IMG/VR virus record: IMGVR_UViG_3300017761_001735
Coordinates: 1 to 33,649 of that record
Direction: 5' to 3' (one strand)
Origin: a virus
Taxonomy: Duplodnaviria > Caudoviricetes
Length of the DNA stretch: 33,649 bases
Of this stretch, positions 32,498 to 33,649 are shown in pieces. The notes under the pieces were generated by a model. It worked only from the letters and a program-made list of their open reading frames with translations, had not been told where the DNA came from and made no database searches. Every line of letters starts with the position of its first letter. Within the stretch, counting starts at the first letter, position 1. The position numbers and the translations under genes were made by a program.

Positions 32498-33649
32498 GTG
32501 TCCAACGATAACCCGCTCGCGCCGATAGCCAAGAACTGGCTCCGCCTCATCGACTTGGCTGAAAAGCACAAGAAGCCGTTCACGGACGATGCAAAGGAAG
32601 CCATGGGCTTCTATGCAAGCGACCCATCGGTGATGTGGGAAAACTCCTACGCTATGGGCGAGCGGGGTTACAACCGCGGCATCGACCCACCCGCCTTCCG
32701 GATGACGGTCAACCGTGTCTGGGAGGCTGTGCGTCTGTTCTCGGCGGTCATCCATCACCGGAACCCTGCCAGGACGGTCAACGCCAGGCAGTTCCCCATC
32801 ATCGGCCCGCAGCTGTTGGGAATCTTCCCGCAGCCCCCGGTTCCGCAGATGGGTCCAGAGGGCCCTGTGATGGGGCCTGACGGCCAGCCGGTGATGATGC
32901 CCGATCCTGGGGTGCAGGCGTACCAGCAGGGCATGGAGCAGCAGCAGTTCGCATTTGAGCGCCGCAAGGTTGTCTCCAAGCTCTTGGAAGACTACCTCAA
33001 CTACACCCCCAACGAGCTTGATCTAAAGCGTCACTCCCGGAAGGTTGTGGAAGAGGCGTTCATCAAGGGTGCCGGCGTGTGGTGGCATGAGCTGTATTCG
33101 CCGCCCGGCTCAAACGTGAAGATGGCTGGATCGTTCTTTGACTCCATCGACAACCTGACTTGGGACCCTGACGCCGACGAGTATGAGGACATCCGCTGGG
33201 CCGCCCGCAAGCGTACCCAGCCAGTTGACGAAGTGGCGGCGAAGTTTGGCCTGTCGATTGAAGACCTCAAGGGTCACGCTGAGTCCTACTCGTCCCGGGT
33301 GAACGAGGACCAGCGCGGCTACAAGACCCAGAAGCGTGCAGGTAAGACGGCCGACCTGATCTGCTACTGGGAGGTCTACTCCAAGATCGGGTTTGGCGAC
33401 AGGCTCAAGGACTCAGACAAAGACCTCCGTGGCAAGTTTGAGTCCATGGGACCGAACTGCTACATCGTCGTTGCCGAGGGTATTGATTTTCCGCTGAACT
33501 GCCCTCCCAAGATGCTCCAAGAGGAAGTGGACGAGACGGGTATTCCGCAGCAACTGTTTATGAATACCCAGTGGCCCATCCCCTTCTGGGCCGAGCCGAA
33601 CGGATGGCCGTTCACTCTTCTTGCGTGGCACGGCAAGCCCGGCTACTCA
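32498..33649 (+). CDS. Portal protein (P22-like), truncated by window end
   Basis: Read manually from GTG after GGAG: MSNDNPLAPIAKNW...FRMTVNRVWEAVRLF...RNP...LNY...IKGAGVWW; open to the end; follows terL. Confidence 0.75.
   Translation, partial: MSNDNPLAPIAKNWLRLIDLAEKHKKPFTDDAKEAMGFYASDPSVMWENSYAMGERGYNRGIDPPAFRMTVNRVWEAVRLFSAVIHHRNPARTVNARQFPIIGPQLLGIFPQPPVPQMGPEGPVMGPDGQPVMMPDPGVQAYQQGMEQQQFAFERRKVVSKLLEDYLNYTPNELDLKRHSRKVVEEAFIKGAGVWWHELYSPPGSNVKMAGSFFDSIDNLTWDPDADEYEDIRWAARKRTQPVDEVAAKFGLSIEDLKGHAESYSSRVNEDQRGYKTQKRAGKTADLICYWEVYSKIGFGDRLKDSDKDLRGKFESMGPNCYIVVAEGIDFPLNCPPKMLQEEVDETGIPQQLFMNTQWPIPFWAEPNGWPFTLLAWHGKPGYS

Overview
About 33.6 kb of a high-GC tailed dsDNA phage (Caudoviricetes). 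The host is plausibly a Planctomycete; this is inferred from gene families and is not proven. Four blocks are visible. (1) 382-7290 (+): nucleases (two HNH-type, a degenerate thermonuclease, a Holliday-junction resolvase), an Nmad1/DUF1599-like protein, a cluster of small membrane proteins interleaved with an intact S8 subtilase and an intact papain-like C1 protease, then a sigma70-family factor. (2) 7085-18235 (-): an early-type train of about 40 tiny, mostly translationally coupled genes joined by a stereotyped GGAGGTGAGTGATG junction. A GP88-like gene and two long RNA hairpins lie near its head, and it ends in a serine recombinase. (3) 18236-19640: a divergent control region with repeats, a lone possibly ECF-sigma-like gene and a terminator. 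(4) 19641-33649 (+): virion and packaging genes, including a Cys-rich GACC-repeat protein, several small proteins sharing a G(D/N)x(I/V)R(S/Q)(L/V) peptide, an ART-PolyVal-like protein, scaffold, major capsid, decoration proteins, a GT2 glycosyltransferase, terminase subunits and a truncated portal. The best candidates for undescribed biology are a putative capsid-targeting tag on cargo proteins, a two-protease membrane module where a lysis cassette might be expected, and the recombinase-terminated small-gene array. All family calls come from motif recognition by eye; no database searches were run.
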